This document shows positions 43,401 through 53,258 of a DNA stretch of 59,215 nucleotides, one piece after another; positions within the stretch are counted from its first letter, which is position 1; the number at the start of each line of letters is the position of its first letter. This DNA is from a virus (taxonomy: Duplodnaviria > Caudoviricetes). Position numbers and translations under genes: made by a program. Under the pieces are notes generated by a model. It made no database searches and had not been told where the DNA came from. It saw only the letters and a list, made by a program, of their open reading frames with translations. Location: IMG/VR virus record IMGVR_UViG_3300021961_000106, positions 1 to 59,215 of that record. One strand, 5' to 3'.

Positions 43401-45748
43401 CCAGTATCTAGACTGCTACCTCTTCTGAAAAATACACTCTTGGCACCCTTGTTTGTATTTGGAGCATCGCCTACGGCTGGACCAGAGAGCATCTTAAAGT
43501 TGTTGTAAATGCCATCTTCAAAGAACCACTCCTCTAAGTTTTCATAAGTTTTAGAAGAAGTAAATATTTGTTCTGGCTGATCTTGTACGTTTTGGCTTTC
43601 TGATATCTTGAACTTTATCTGAGCTCCAGTATTAATCGTATAGTCTGATGGTATTATAGCAAAACCACCTTCACGTTTATTTGGGTCGAATACAGTTGGA
43701 AGGCCAAATACATTAGGGCCGTTAGCTGATCGCGCATTTACAATCCAATAATCGCCAGCAACAAGACCGCTAGTTGACGTGAACATGATGTATGCTACAT
43801 CAGTTCCATTTGGCGTGTCTTTTAAAGAATATTCTGTATTCGCAGTAATAACTTGATCTGAAGCCATTACAGGCACAGAAGATCCAAATATATAATAATT
43901 AAAGCTTGGGTTAGCAGATCCTGTTGCTGTTGTGATTTCGACTTTATATCGAATATCCGATGTGCCAAAAAAGTTGTTACCCCTAGCGGCAATTAGCTTT
44001 GTCTTAGAGTTTGGGGAAGCGGTGTATCCAATTGGATTTTCTACCATTGGTTTCCAGCTTCCAGCCATTACAGGTCCTCTTGTTTTTCTGTGACACTTTA
44101 GACCAGTTACAGCTCTCAATCCATCGGTAGAGTTTGCTCCTTGTCCTTTGTATTTAGATACCTGTATGATGTCCTTATTGATAGACACGTCATTATCTAT
44201 GACGATTTTTATATAAACACCTTCAACAGATGGGATTCCAGTGCCTATTGCATCCTTGCTTAAGTATGAAACGTCAAGGACTTTATATTGAGTTCCAATA
44301 TTAACAACTCCGTTTGAGTCTGTTTTGAATACAACATAGTCATTGGTCTTTACTTTATCTACGTCAGATTGGTTTATCTTGAAGTATTTGAAAGACCCGT
44401 CCTCGACAAAAAAGGTGGGATAAATATTATAGTAATCGCCTTTTGTTTGCTTTATAGCTAGTCTATAATGGGTAGCAAAACATGGTGCCTCGTTGTAAAT
44501 GTTTATTCGAAGACTATTCTTATCGTCAGAATAGCTCGGGTCAATGAATATGCTATTTGTTGGACTAGTCTGAACAGTTGTCATTCTTCCATAGTCGTCC
44601 AAGTAAACAATTCCAAATTCGTAGTCCCTATTTGATTTCCATGTTTCTTGTGGAGATCCGGAGTTTAAAGAGAGCTCATCATAAGTCTCGGAATTAAGCT
44701 CTATGTTAAATGACGGGAAAATGCCAACTCCATCGCAGTCTCTAATATCATAAAATTGAACATAGTTTCCATATGCCAATCTATTTCCTATGATCTCTTG
44801 AGCCTTTGCCTTTAGAGGAACATTATCAAAAAGTCTAGTTAATTGGTCTGTTGGTAATGGTGCGTAGATTTTGTTGTTAGAGAAAGAAAATGAATAAACA
44901 GTATTGTCGTCATACTTTAACTCTGCTTTATTCAAGGTTTCAATAATATAAGCATTGATCTTGCTTGTGTCAAAAAAGATTAATTGAATGTCAGTGACAG
45001 AGTCTTCTCCAGAATTGAACGATATATCATACACATTGTTAGCGTTCAACATCCCTTCGTTTACACCACTATTTCCATTTACTGCAAATGTTTTAGGGAA
45101 AAATGCCACTTCCGAGAAAGGAGATAGAGAACTATATTCATCGTCAACATATCTATATCTGTACCCAAAATACAAGAACCTATCAGAAAGACTGTCTGAT
45201 GATACGGTGCTGTCGTTTCTTCCAACTATGGTAGGTGGATTCAAAGGGGGTTTTACTATTACATTGACGTCATCTTCATAAAATCCATTAACACCATAAG
45301 ACTTTGCTCTTTGTATGTTTATCTTTCTAGGAGGATTATAGTCGTCAGTCCAACACAAGAATCCATTGATATAGTTTACGCCGGTTATTAAGTGTTCGCT
45401 ATCAAAGTTCAGAACATTATTTGCGCCAGGTCTACTATCTTTTAATACTATACTTACAGCATCTGTCGATTGGTTATATTCATAGATATAATTAGCATCA
45501 TTAGCCTTGACAAACCAATATATACAACCAACTTCTTCTGCGGTAACAGCTCCAATTGAAATGCCATTGGTGTGAGAGTATGTTCCCTTCTTTAGGTTGC
45601 CATACTCGTTCTCTATTGCGCCCATGTTCGTGGATTCAGAAGAACCCACTTGAATGTTCATAGCATCCACATACTGGCCGTCTGGTATCAGACGCTCATC
45701 GAGGTCCTTGTTCATGACCCCTGCGACGAAGCTCTTGGTTATCTTCAT
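40409..45748 (-). CDS. Tail nozzle/muzzle (tubular protein B-like) with appended Ig-like domains
   Basis: G.MNKDLDERL.P.G.Y.DA.N, WTD..N.PRKIN, RL.YGNY and YGIS.NPESFA motifs. Confidence 0.75.
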   Translation of the reverse strand: MKITKSFVAGVMNKDLDERLIPDGQYVDAMNIQVGSSESTNMGAIENEYGNLKKGTYSHTNGISIGAVTAEEVGCIYWFVKANDANYIYEYNQSTDAVSIVLKDSRPGANNVLNFDSEHLITGVNYINGFLCWTDDYNPPRKINIQRAKSYGVNGFYEDDVNVIVKPPLNPPTIVGRNDSTVSSDSLSDRFLYFGYRYRYVDDEYSSLSPFSEVAFFPKTFAVNGNSGVNEGMLNANNVYDISFNSGEDSVTDIQLIFFDTSKINAYIIETLNKAELKYDDNTVYSFSFSNNKIYAPLPTDQLTRLFDNVPLKAKAQEIIGNRLAYGNYVQFYDIRDCDGVGIFPSFNIELNSETYDELSLNSGSPQETWKSNRDYEFGIVYLDDYGRMTTVQTSPTNSIFIDPSYSDDKNSLRINIYNEAPCFATHYRLAIKQTKGDYYNIYPTFFVEDGSFKYFKINQSDVDKVKTNDYVVFKTDSNGVVNIGTQYKVLDVSYLSKDAIGTGIPSVEGVYIKIVIDNDVSINKDIIQVSKYKGQGANSTDGLRAVTGLKCHRKTRGPVMAGSWKPMVENPIGYTASPNSKTKLIAARGNNFFGTSDIRYKVEITTATGSANPSFNYYIFGSSVPVMASDQVITANTEYSLKDTPNGTDVAYIMFTSTSGLVAGDYWIVNARSANGPNVFGLPTVFDPNKREGGFAIIPSDYTINTGAQIKFKISESQNVQDQPEQIFTSSKTYENLEEWFFEDGIYNNFKMLSGPAVGDAPNTNKGAKSVFFRRGSSLDTGQNDGARVDMLFQDSGTPFLTAKDSLYMVLKGYGDSRKNFTSNALNYLSCERNFIIVEVEVSQLTDSVIIETVPNDTDIDVYHELPYTYEIVDGLHQSAGLSGEQNQTRSSVSTTQKPAIVQIPSFNAFTFGNGAECYRIRDDFNSFTMKYSPRALTTTDKYAEERVKNALTYSGVYQVTSGLNKLNEFNLSNANFKYLDQEFGSIQKLYSRDTDLIVFQENKVSKVLYEKNLLSDSVGGGTVASIPQVLGTQIAYSGEYGISNNPESFAQWGNNVFFTDQRRNAALRLGQDGMFEISSQGMRDWFRDLFIADGDTQKIGAYDPYHNMYVLTSTETPAVACEFDISRNKLLVSKTSSNMYLFSIRSNSSWTITYSAAWLTNVVVSGSGNQDIYGTLAQNNGSTVRSVVLTIAGCSGNESFTLEQSPSSKVQRVAVVVNNPIDATKVATQLYNMTSTGGLGIQFVDTVLKNTSVSLYDVYAGYSGDGQIPLPSETVTVRGYDETTGINGGIAKPFVPSIGNKMYYLVSNTKYEQGDYNALIAASTPITPSLVGGNYDATFSYSNPSNDDYLYLIWDYRSGLSCGTSGSYVGTEGQTSIEYTIGGNIGLVDVSYTVNSGNMRFQIQYDGVVVADSGVVSTSGTLSFVKRTSTPTTALLIITNENIGGGTIDFSATMNCPALIPIEIDPTNGTSSNVCSQTSYGTYYTDSTTGSVDLGARIYTDSAGTTPFNGANAYHRVGPAGNDYTVIDTDGYVISFESCTCSEVAAPTITQSDVSFAPNESIYVSLEASNNPIEWDLVSSCVSYELYGGNSGGVFSGIDCETGLPKVVSVNANETIYSCSSAVFIKNIGVDAISSSNGVCVNEVLPDGISFDGLSGVIYGVSETIGTFEVTVNATNCFGTSADETFLIQVQDESIVLTPFGLDSTGYATSALSCGVVANINIRYHSGEYTFPVIDDYIYADQNKVAPVDGSNLWYQMNNGQTIQIDANGKVTNIENC

Positions 45749-45750
45749 AT

Positions 45751-46668
45751 TTATTTAATCCACTTGTCCTGTCCTCTCAGGTTCATTAAGAGACGACCGG
45801 GGTGAAGGTTGCTTAAACGAATCTTTGCGTTACGCAAATTTGCTGTCTTTTCTTTATTGGCTCGGTTGACAACATACTCTTGGATTCCAAACTTGTTGTT
45901 GAGCAGTGCCCACTTGATGTAGGCATACAAGAACTCTTCTGCAAACTTGTGAATCTTTACACTATCGTCATCTCCGTTCTCCATTCCATCTGATACGTAC
46001 TCAAGAACAATCAATTGGTTGGCTACGCCTGAGCTAAAGTTTATCACGCCACCGGCTTTGTTTACACGGAAGCTTGGGTTGATGTTAGCAGTCTCGGTGT
46101 TCAAACCAAAGGCTCCTCCAACATTGTAACCGAAGTACCACGCACCATCAACTTCCCATCCGTATTGACCAGCATAAAGGCCCGCTCCATTGTAAAGTGT
46201 TTGGGGCAAGCCAGCTAGGCGGTTGGCGTCTAAGTCAGATGTGCCAGTAAGTACATTCCCATCTTGGTCAAACAACACATTCAAGTTGTTGTCCTGTAGG
46301 TATGCGGAGGCGTAGTTCACTTGAGTATTCTCGTGCAATGGATACAGCACACCATTGATCTGTACGGATACTCGAATGTAGTTCACGTAGTCAGGGGGAA
46401 GAATAAGGCGAAGGTCATCTCCAACCTCAATCTCAACCACCTTGGTATTTTTCAACGCATCGTAGTTAATCTCCTGGATACCACGCTTAGCATGGAACAA
46501 GACATTGTAGCGATTGACGTTATTGACGAGCTTGTCGTCACCGACATACATCAACATGAAGTTGTTCACTAGGTCAGCAAGGCTGACATACTGATACTCG
46601 CCCCAGTTCTGATCCGTTGGCGCAACTCCGTTGTTGGTGTAGTATTGATAATTACTAATGTATGCCAT
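45751..46668 (-). CDS. Tail ring/adaptor protein
   Basis: LPPDYVNY and I.LEYVSDG motifs; position in the tail operon. Confidence 0.65.
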   Translation of the reverse strand: MAYISNYQYYTNNGVAPTDQNWGEYQYVSLADLVNNFMLMYVGDDKLVNNVNRYNVLFHAKRGIQEINYDALKNTKVVEIEVGDDLRLILPPDYVNYIRVSVQINGVLYPLHENTQVNYASAYLQDNNLNVLFDQDGNVLTGTSDLDANRLAGLPQTLYNGAGLYAGQYGWEVDGAWYFGYNVGGAFGLNTETANINPSFRVNKAGGVINFSSGVANQLIVLEYVSDGMENGDDDSVKIHKFAEEFLYAYIKWALLNNKFGIQEYVVNRANKEKTANLRNAKIRLSNLHPGRLLMNLRGQDKWIK

Positions 46669-47375
46669 TATTCTCCTTGTTGTTTATTCATCATCTCTTC
46701 TTGCTTTGCAAACTGAGTCACTTCGTACTCGCGGATGTTGACACCAGCGTATTGTAGAATTCGCAGAATCAAGTCATTGGCATCAGAGAGAGGTAGTTCA
46801 AAATCTTGGTAATCAACTGCCGATTGGTTAAACAATGGGTTTCCACCAATCTGAGTATATGTCCATTTAGGATCCAGTGGGTATCGCACATAGAATGCGC
46901 TTACTCCAGCGGTAATGGTTGTTGGATATACAGTAATCAAATCACTACCATCAGCTGCTCTGTCACGCTTAACATAGGCAGGGTAAGCTGTGGTAGGGGC
47001 AGTCAGATTAGAAGCTAAAAGGTTTAGTGACTTGTATTGCGTAATAGGCTCAACCTCTTTCCCGTTGTAGTAAACCACATTGATGGAGTAGTAGTCAGAT
47101 GGCAACTTGAAGCTGCTGCCAGCATCTAGTGTGAGCGAAGCATTGGCTGAGAATGAGTCAATCACCTCTGCTGTTTGCTTCAGTTTATCTGCATAGCCAC
47201 TATTGTACGCTCTGTTGTTTTGCTTTACAACACCATCAACATAACGAAAGAAGTAGTCCTCAAATACTTCAAGCTGGGCCTGCTTGGCGAAAAGGTTGAA
47301 CTCCTCGGGCGTAATGTAGCCGTTGTTGTCCTTGCTGAGGATCGCCATCACAGTATTTCTGACCTCGTTGATCAT
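46668..47375 (-). CDS. Head-tail connector/ring protein
   Basis: V...V.AIL.K...GYITP.EFN.FA.QAQ and Y.RYP..P.W motifs. Confidence 0.65.
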   Translation of the reverse strand: MINEVRNTVMAILSKDNNGYITPEEFNLFAKQAQLEVFEDYFFRYVDGVVKQNNRAYNSGYADKLKQTAEVIDSFSANASLTLDAGSSFKLPSDYYSINVVYYNGKEVEPITQYKSLNLLASNLTAPTTAYPAYVKRDRAADGSDLITVYPTTITAGVSAFYVRYPLDPKWTYTQIGGNPLFNQSAVDYQDFELPLSDANDLILRILQYAGVNIREYEVTQFAKQEEMMNKQQGE

Positions 47376-47390
47376 TTGCACAAAGATAAC

Positions 47391-47419
47391 AAAAAAAGGC
47401 CACCCGAGGTCGGATGGCC
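47391..47419 (-). terminator. Intrinsic terminator
   Basis: GGCCATCCGA/TCGGGTGGCC stem followed by U7 on the minus strand. Confidence 0.7.
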
Positions 47420-47440
47420 CTTTCCTGTAGGCTATTGCTA

Positions 47441-48169
47441 TTAAAGGAGTTTAATCAACATATCTTTTGCTTCAATACCATCTTCTGTCATCAGCCACGC
47501 TGACAACACGTCAATAGGATCTTGACCATAAGGAGTTGAACAGATCTTCTTCTTATTGTCTGGTAAGCTGAAGTAAATGTCGTTGTTTCGGCGGATTGTA
47601 ATCAAGCCATCACTAACGAAGCGATGAGCATAGTCATCCAGCTCCATGTCTGGGTCATCTAACATCTCCAAAAAGTCACGTGGACGCTCCTTGGCAAACA
47701 ACAACAAGTCTCGCTTAAGTTCAGAAGAAGACATCTTAGCTACGTTCAAGCCAAGCGCTACTCGGCAAATGGCTTCCACCTTTTCAATGGGCAAAGACTT
47801 AGCCGCAATCAAAGCGTCAATCTCGTAGTTGATGTTGTCGAGGGCTTTTTCAGCATCCTTCTCCATGTCTGCTTCTTCAAACAATGTTCCATTCTTTGGG
47901 TGAAGCTCAAGGAATCTATTTAAAATGGTGTTGTGTTTGTCAACTCTTAAAACACCATCTTCAAATACGATAGGCTCCAAGATTGCGTGCTCGTCCTGCT
48001 CATCCATAAACGGGCTCTTTTGATTTCGAGCATAACGCAATGGACGATTGACACCGGTCTTGGGGTCAAAGTGAAGAAGAGGGGCTCTGTGGGTGTGGCG
48101 AGATGCCAATGTAAACGTCAAGGGACTACTCTTTCCCTTTAGTACGTAGATTCGATCTTTAAATTCCAT
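47441..48169 (-). CDS. Conserved structural-module protein
   Basis: R.LRYA.NQKSPF.DEQ...I.FEDG.L motif; directly downstream of the MCP gene. Confidence 0.6.
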   Translation of the reverse strand: MEFKDRIYVLKGKSSPLTFTLASRHTHRAPLLHFDPKTGVNRPLRYARNQKSPFMDEQDEHAILEPIVFEDGVLRVDKHNTILNRFLELHPKNGTLFEEADMEKDAEKALDNINYEIDALIAAKSLPIEKVEAICRVALGLNVAKMSSSELKRDLLLFAKERPRDFLEMLDDPDMELDDYAHRFVSDGLITIRRNNDIYFSLPDNKKKICSTPYGQDPIDVLSAWLMTEDGIEAKDMLIKLL

Positions 48170-48207
48170 TGTATATAATATTAGATTTAACGATACAAAG
48201 ATAATAC

Positions 48208-48236
48208 AAAAAAAAGAGGGGGATTTCTCCCCCTCT
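48208..48236 (-). terminator. Intrinsic terminator after MCP
   Basis: AGAGGGGGA/TCCCCCTCT stem followed by a U-tract. Confidence 0.8.
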
Positions 48237-48257
48237 ATTTGTTAGATACACTAATTA

Positions 48258-49652
48258 TCAATCCTGAAATAGGAAGAAATTATTAGCTCCCATAGTGCAC
48301 AAAGCACGCTCAGACAAGAAGTGAACTTCCATTGCGTCCAAGTCGCTGTTGCTAGCACCACCAGCAGAACCAGTCATCCAAGTCTTGTAACGACGATTCT
48401 CGGTCTCAGAAGCACGGTAACGAACGTGCAAGAAAGGACGCTTAGCGTTCTTACCCAAAACCATATCATAAACGGTGGTAGAACCAGCAGGAACCAAAAC
48501 GCCATTGATAGCACCAGCTACCAAACCGCCACGCAAGGTGGGATCGTTCAAGTATTTCCAGTCAGTCTTGTAGAACTCATAACCACGCTTGAAGCCAGTG
48601 AAGCCCAAGTTCAAAGCCATTTGCTCGCTGTTGTTGAACAAACCGTAGCTAGTTCCGTTAGCACCGTAGCTGTTTTGAGCAGCCAACATATCGTCGATAT
48701 CGAAGCTGAACTGACGGTTAACGAACAAAGCGTTCTCTTGGATAGCACCTTGCTTGTCCAAACGCTGGATAACAGCGTCGAAATCACCCAAAGTGGTTGG
48801 GTTACCACCACCCCATACGTTACCGCGGTTTTCGATGGTGTAGAACATACCTTCGGTACCTTTGTTTCCTACATCACCAGTAGCAGCGATAGCACCAGAT
48901 GCAGTCTCAGCAGGAACACCTTCTACCATAGACATTTCCAAGTAGTCTTCGAAACGCAAACGAGTCTCGTGCTCGCTCTTCAAGTACCACAAGTAACCAG
49001 TAGCACCATTCTCAGTAGTAACTTCTACCCAGCCGATCTGAGCCATGTCAGAACCGCTAACAGCATATTTGTCCTTGATGATGATGGGGCTGTTTTCAAA
49101 GATATCGTCTTCAGCTTCCAAAGATCCAACCATACCGTTAGAACCTTTCTTGAACTCAGAACCGTAAACGAAACAGGTAGAAGCAGTAGAGGCAGCCATA
49201 GTTTGGCCACCAGCTTCGTAGTAAGCAACGGTGAAAGTCAAGCCAGATACAGCAGTAATGATGGCTTTGTTAGAGAAAGTAGAAGAAGCGGTGTTATCAG
49301 AAATGAAAACAGTTTGACCTACGCGGAAGTTACAAGCAGTAACACCAGGGTCAGCGACAGTCCAAACAGCAGTGTCAGCAGCGGCAGCAGCAGCAGAAGT
49401 ACAAGAGGTGTACTTAGTGTGCAAACGGCCTTGCTCAGCCCATTTGATCAAGTCAGAGTTGGAGGGCATTTCTGCACCTACCATGCGCAAGAAAGAAGCG
49501 ATGGAACGATTTCCATAACGCTCGAATTCCTTCTCGTAGGTATCGGGAAGATACTGGTTCAAGAAGTCAAAGTTAGTAATGTAGTTCGTGGGCAATGTAG
49601 CCTTCACTGAACTAGGGGTCAGGTCATAACCTGGTACGCTTAATACAGCCAT
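48258..49652 (-). CDS. Major capsid protein
   Basis: 464 aa after portal and scaffold, strong codon bias, own terminator; QYLPD.YEKE.ERYG and W.EQGRLH motifs. Confidence 0.85.
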   Translation of the reverse strand: MAVLSVPGYDLTPSSVKATLPTNYITNFDFLNQYLPDTYEKEFERYGNRSIASFLRMVGAEMPSNSDLIKWAEQGRLHTKYTSCTSAAAAAADTAVWTVADPGVTACNFRVGQTVFISDNTASSTFSNKAIITAVSGLTFTVAYYEAGGQTMAASTASTCFVYGSEFKKGSNGMVGSLEAEDDIFENSPIIIKDKYAVSGSDMAQIGWVEVTTENGATGYLWYLKSEHETRLRFEDYLEMSMVEGVPAETASGAIAATGDVGNKGTEGMFYTIENRGNVWGGGNPTTLGDFDAVIQRLDKQGAIQENALFVNRQFSFDIDDMLAAQNSYGANGTSYGLFNNSEQMALNLGFTGFKRGYEFYKTDWKYLNDPTLRGGLVAGAINGVLVPAGSTTVYDMVLGKNAKRPFLHVRYRASETENRRYKTWMTGSAGGASNSDLDAMEVHFLSERALCTMGANNFFLFQD

Positions 49653-49681
49653 TTTTGTGTTTTTTTAAAAGGTTATTGTTG

Positions 49682-50776
49682 TTATTGTTTAATCTTTATG
49701 CGTAAACCATTACCCGAATCGCTATCCAACGATGACACCTTTAGTCCGCTGAAGTTGCTGGCTGGTTGAGCAGATTGTCTAACACCCATTTGAATGTTCT
49801 TACTTTCTTTGCTCATGCCATCAACTGCATCTGCCTTGCCCTTGTCATAGAAGAACTTAGCTAATGCATCAGCATTTAAAGCTGCCGCCATTGCTTTGTG
49901 ATAACCAGCTGCATCTTTGACATATCCATTTTCATCGATGAATTTGGAGATGAAGTTGTTGATGTCTGATTGAGAAGTCTTAATTTTCTCAGTGTCTCCT
50001 GGCTTGAACTTCAAGGATGATTCTCCGACACTAAACTCGAAACCTTCGAATCCGTCATTGAATACCTCGTTAGTTTTCTGCAAGAAAAACTCAGACCGCT
50101 TCAACTGTTCCTGTTGCACCTGGGTGAGATCTTGGTTATACTTCTTGTAAGCCTCGTATCCCTCACGATCGGCATCAGGAACTGAGGTTGCCTTAGACTC
50201 TAATGGCACCTTGTACTGCTCCTTCTGTTTCTCGAAGTGACCCTTGGCTTTAGCAAGTTCACGTTTCATAGCCAGCTTTTGTTTCTTGATAGTCTTGTCG
50301 TCGTCCAAGTCTTCGTCATACTTGAAGTTCTCCAGCTCCATCATTACATCCTCATCGTCATACATAGGATTGGTGTCCTTGATGTAAGATGCCAAAAGTT
50401 GTTCGGGTGACATCTTCTCAAAGTCTTGATTCAACTTCATGAAGTCGTCTAACCCTCGGCCAGTCTCTTTTTTGTACTTCAAGAATGTAGCGACATCTTC
50501 TGGAAGTTCTTCTGACGGCTGCTCTCGCTTGGCCAAAATTTCGTCCATCGAATTAAACTCTACATCCTTGTAGCGGTTTTTGATAAATGTAAGAACGTCT
50601 TCCTCCGAAAGCTCAACGGGTTGAACTTTTGGGGTTTCTTCAACTACAGGAGTTTCCTCGGTAGTTTGTTCTACAGCATTTTGCTGTTCTTCATGCTTCT
50701 GCAAAAGTGCCTCTTCAACCTCTTGGATTGACTTTGGCTCTTCAGCAGAAACTTCTTTAATTTTAATTTCTGCCAT
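49682..50776 (-). CDS. Capsid scaffolding protein
   Basis: Acidic, coiled-coil, between portal and MCP. Confidence 0.7.
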   Translation of the reverse strand: MAEIKIKEVSAEEPKSIQEVEEALLQKHEEQQNAVEQTTEETPVVEETPKVQPVELSEEDVLTFIKNRYKDVEFNSMDEILAKREQPSEELPEDVATFLKYKKETGRGLDDFMKLNQDFEKMSPEQLLASYIKDTNPMYDDEDVMMELENFKYDEDLDDDKTIKKQKLAMKRELAKAKGHFEKQKEQYKVPLESKATSVPDADREGYEAYKKYNQDLTQVQQEQLKRSEFFLQKTNEVFNDGFEGFEFSVGESSLKFKPGDTEKIKTSQSDINNFISKFIDENGYVKDAAGYHKAMAAALNADALAKFFYDKGKADAVDGMSKESKNIQMGVRQSAQPASNFSGLKVSSLDSDSGNGLRIKIKQ

Positions 50777-50808
50777 GATATTAGATTTTGTTACAAAATT
50801 AGGTATTT

Positions 50809-53238
50809 TTATCTAGGCTCAAATTGCGATAAATCGAAGCCATCCAAGGTGTCCTCAGTTGACTCGAAGTTTATTGGAGGAAGATCTTTCTTCCTCTGCT
50901 CAATGAGCTTTGATTGCTGTGTGTTCTGTAAGCTAATGCGATTGTCCTTAGCCTTCTCTTTCTCCATCTCACGATTCTTTAGGCTATCGACCTCAACGCC
51001 TTTTAGTTGCATCTGCATTTGGAACTCACGCTCCATCAACTGCAACTTCAGATTGGCCTCAGACTGCATCTTCTCAATCTCGAACTGATTCTTGGCCTGC
51101 TCAATCTGCATCTTGGCCTGAGCTTCTGCTTGGATCTGCTGGAGCTTAGATTCGGCAGCGGCTTGAGAAGACTGGATGTTCCCTTGCGTCTGCATCTGAA
51201 CCCTCTGCTGCTCGTTCTCCATGTCTTGCTTTTGCTTATGCTTGCGCTTCATCTTCAACAACTCGTTAGCCAGCTTGATATTCTTCATCTGACGGATATC
51301 AATGGCATCCTCCAATGAGATTTGATCACGGCTCAAAGCCATCTGAATATTGGCTTCAAGCTGAGCCTTCTGCTCTTCGTCAGGAGAAACCTCAATGAAG
51401 ATACCAAAGTCGTAGATGTATAGGTCCTTCATTTCGTCAAGAACACCAACATTGTTCTTGCCAATCTGCATAGCAAACTCTTCGGCAAAGTCAGCGTACT
51501 CCAAAACGTCAGCCACACGGCAAGACAATGCCTCCGCCAATCTCTTGGTGATATTCAATGATCCCTCAAGGATATGTCGAGTGGCTGTGTTGCTATTAGC
51601 GGCAGCCAACTTCTGTAGACCAACTAGTGAGTTAGGATCTGGCATAGACCCATCACGGGCCTCGTTCAATCCAGTTACGTCACGCAGTTGCTGCATGTAC
51701 TGGTTGTATGCTCCGATGAGGCTAGCCATCTTGGCTTGACCACTGTTCTTGCTAAGCTCTTGGATAGGAACACGAGCGTTGTTAAACTCTCCGTCTTGTG
51801 TATATGAGCGACCAATTACACTACCCGTTTGGAAGTACAAACGAAGTGCATCCTCTGGGTTGTAAGCGGCTCCATTTCCAAGATCAACCTCGTTCAAACC
51901 ATCTGCGTCAATGAACACACCATCAGGTACAATCTTAGAAAGAACCTGCTGTAGCTTCAAGTGGGTGATTTGGATCAAGTCAGCGAATGGAATCATTCGG
52001 CGAACCAAAGACTCAATCACGCCCTTATACATGCGAGGGGCTACAGCGATATAGCTTGGAATGCTATACTGAGATGCAGACTTAGGACGTACCATGTTGG
52101 ACTGGAGTTCCCACTTCAACAAGTAGTTTGAACCCATAACCATCACACCATCGTACCAAACGTCAATGCGCTTCTCGATGCGCTCAAAACGCTCCTTCTC
52201 ATCCATTGGAGGATTGAATGTGTCATCCTTGCGGATTACACGCTCACCACCATTGTCTAGGAACTTCTTCTTGTATACAAACTTCTTGTCAGTCTTGTAA
52301 CTGAAGTAGAGCAACGTAACAGTGTCACGGTCGAATACGCTATCGCGGTATGGCCGAATTGCAGGATAAGCGTCCCACCAGTTGTACCCAATCTTCGAAA
52401 TCTCCTCCAGCTCCTCCTTCTTGATATCAGGCTTAATCTTCTTAATCTCTGTAATTGGGACCGTCTTGACCTCTCCGTAGTAGAAGCAGTCATCGAACGT
52501 AGGAGATTCCGTGTATGAATAAACGACATTAGCAGGATCAACGTAATCAACTTTAACACCATTGGCCATGTCGAAGGAATGCTTAACCATTCCAAGGCCC
52601 AGGACTGTAATGTCATAATCAACGCGCTTACGAACCTCATCATAGCGGTTCTTATCAAGCAAAGTGTGTATAGCTTCTTCTTCTGCAATTTCAATGCTTG
52701 GCTTGTAGTTGATCTGCATGTACAGATTCAACTCCTCGTCACTACCAGGCAGCTCGTCTTGTGGCACGTTAAATGCATCTAGGCCAAACATTTCTTTAGC
52801 CTGAAGCAAGAAGTCTTTAGCCACCATGTCGGCTTCGACCATGTCCTGGTACTTGGAGCGCTTCTCTGCGCTCATAGCGTCCTGTGCGTATGCCTTCACG
52901 CTGAATAAGCGATCGGCCATTCCGTTGACAACAATGTCAACAAACTTTGGAATAATAGGAACGGGTGTCCAATCAAGATTCAAATAGGACAAGTCTCCGT
53001 CAACTGCAAGTTCGTTCTTGTACTTGCCAACAGGCTGCTCTCCACGAGCATACAAACGCAATTTATGAAACTGTATCCACTGATCGTAGTAACGGCAGGA
53101 ACCTCCTCCGTTACGGAACCATTCGTATTGAATGCTCTGTCCAACCTGCAAGCCATAGTTCTCGGAAGCCTTCTCGGCATCCGTGGCTAACTGGTTTGGG
53201 AACGATACGTATGGTAGAATAATTTTCTGATCCGCCAT
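50809..53238 (-). CDS. Portal protein
   Basis: About 810 aa after TerL; YLNLDW.PVPIIPKFVDIVVNG motif; Gln-rich C-terminal barrel coil. Confidence 0.85.
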   Translation of the reverse strand: MADQKIILPYVSFPNQLATDAEKASENYGLQVGQSIQYEWFRNGGGSCRYYDQWIQFHKLRLYARGEQPVGKYKNELAVDGDLSYLNLDWTPVPIIPKFVDIVVNGMADRLFSVKAYAQDAMSAEKRSKYQDMVEADMVAKDFLLQAKEMFGLDAFNVPQDELPGSDEELNLYMQINYKPSIEIAEEEAIHTLLDKNRYDEVRKRVDYDITVLGLGMVKHSFDMANGVKVDYVDPANVVYSYTESPTFDDCFYYGEVKTVPITEIKKIKPDIKKEELEEISKIGYNWWDAYPAIRPYRDSVFDRDTVTLLYFSYKTDKKFVYKKKFLDNGGERVIRKDDTFNPPMDEKERFERIEKRIDVWYDGVMVMGSNYLLKWELQSNMVRPKSASQYSIPSYIAVAPRMYKGVIESLVRRMIPFADLIQITHLKLQQVLSKIVPDGVFIDADGLNEVDLGNGAAYNPEDALRLYFQTGSVIGRSYTQDGEFNNARVPIQELSKNSGQAKMASLIGAYNQYMQQLRDVTGLNEARDGSMPDPNSLVGLQKLAAANSNTATRHILEGSLNITKRLAEALSCRVADVLEYADFAEEFAMQIGKNNVGVLDEMKDLYIYDFGIFIEVSPDEEQKAQLEANIQMALSRDQISLEDAIDIRQMKNIKLANELLKMKRKHKQKQDMENEQQRVQMQTQGNIQSSQAAAESKLQQIQAEAQAKMQIEQAKNQFEIEKMQSEANLKLQLMEREFQMQMQLKGVEVDSLKNREMEKEKAKDNRISLQNTQQSKLIEQRKKDLPPINFESTEDTLDGFDLSQFEPR

Positions 53239-53258
53239 GGCTTTCTGCAAAGATAAGG

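Noticed and set aside
48321-49610. 429-aa plus-strand ORF antisense to MCP
   Set aside because: Shadow of strong codon bias in the capsid gene; no promoter, start context or motifs.
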